Assembly (NCBI GenBank): GCA_051362555.1
Contig: CM120640.1
Location: 28,482,503-28,546,502 of the forward strand
Direction: 5' to 3'
DNA from: Lingula anatina
Lineage: Eukaryota; Animalia; Brachiopoda
DNA: 64,000 nucleotides
The position numbers and the translations under genes were made by a program. Positions 63,630 to 64,000 of the stretch are shown here, one piece after another. The notes under the pieces are model-generated. The model was not told where the DNA came from. It worked only from the letters and a program-made list of their open reading frames with translations, and ran no database searches. The first letter of the stretch is position 1; every line of letters begins with the position of its first letter.

Positions 63630-64000
63630 AACTACACTAGTCGCGTATGGCAGACACCCAACCACACAGCCCCTAGGTCACGTGGTTCTGGCTGTGTTAT
63701 TGGAGCGCCGGCGTATTACCATATCAATTTCTACAATCCGATCTGTAAACGCCCCCTTGTTGTAATTACACGCTTTTTACTTGATGGAGGAAATCACGTT
63801 AGGGGACCTCGTTGTGCCGATCATCGTGCTCACCCTCACACACACATACACCTTGAAGGAAAATTTTATGACAGATGGATGAAAGAAATGGGGCGAGAGT
63901 TTCACGGGTTACTGAGAACTGAGAAACAATAACGGCGCAGTTCGATTATTTAGAGAGCCGCGCACTTGGAAGGTCCCAGTGCGTCACGCACGTGAAATAT

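Noticed and set aside
1-64000. CRISPR arrays, prokaryotic operons, rRNA or intact tRNA genes
   Set aside because: Spliceosomal introns and animal genes throughout; no repeat-spacer array or complete cloverleaf seen. The tRNA-like boxes found look like SINE remnants.

Overview
Animal genomic DNA, AT-rich, with GT-AG introns; probably a marine invertebrate, possibly a lophotrochozoan (taxon is inferred, not proven). From left to right: the last four exons of an LRR + EF-hand gene (LRRC74-like, + strand), then a series of genes all on the - strand: a 4-exon PRD-class Isx-like homeobox gene with an OAR motif, a 4-exon Dbx homeobox gene, two tandem intronless somatomedin-B/Cys-rich family-B-like 7TM receptor paralogues that flank a small secreted cationic Cys-rich peptide ORF, an intronless ankyrin-repeat gene (ANKRD34/63-like) and an intronless FoxD. 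The central 28-45 kb zone holds the transposon relics: a LINE 3' fragment interrupted by a MITE with a 5-bp target-site duplication (TSD), a Harbinger-like element with interleaved inverted repeats, and weak Tc1 and Penelope remnants. The best candidate for an undescribed system is the receptor-peptide-receptor module at 29.7-41.5 kb, in which each receptor is followed by an identical CTCF-like 17-mer. All calls were made by eye; no database searches were run.
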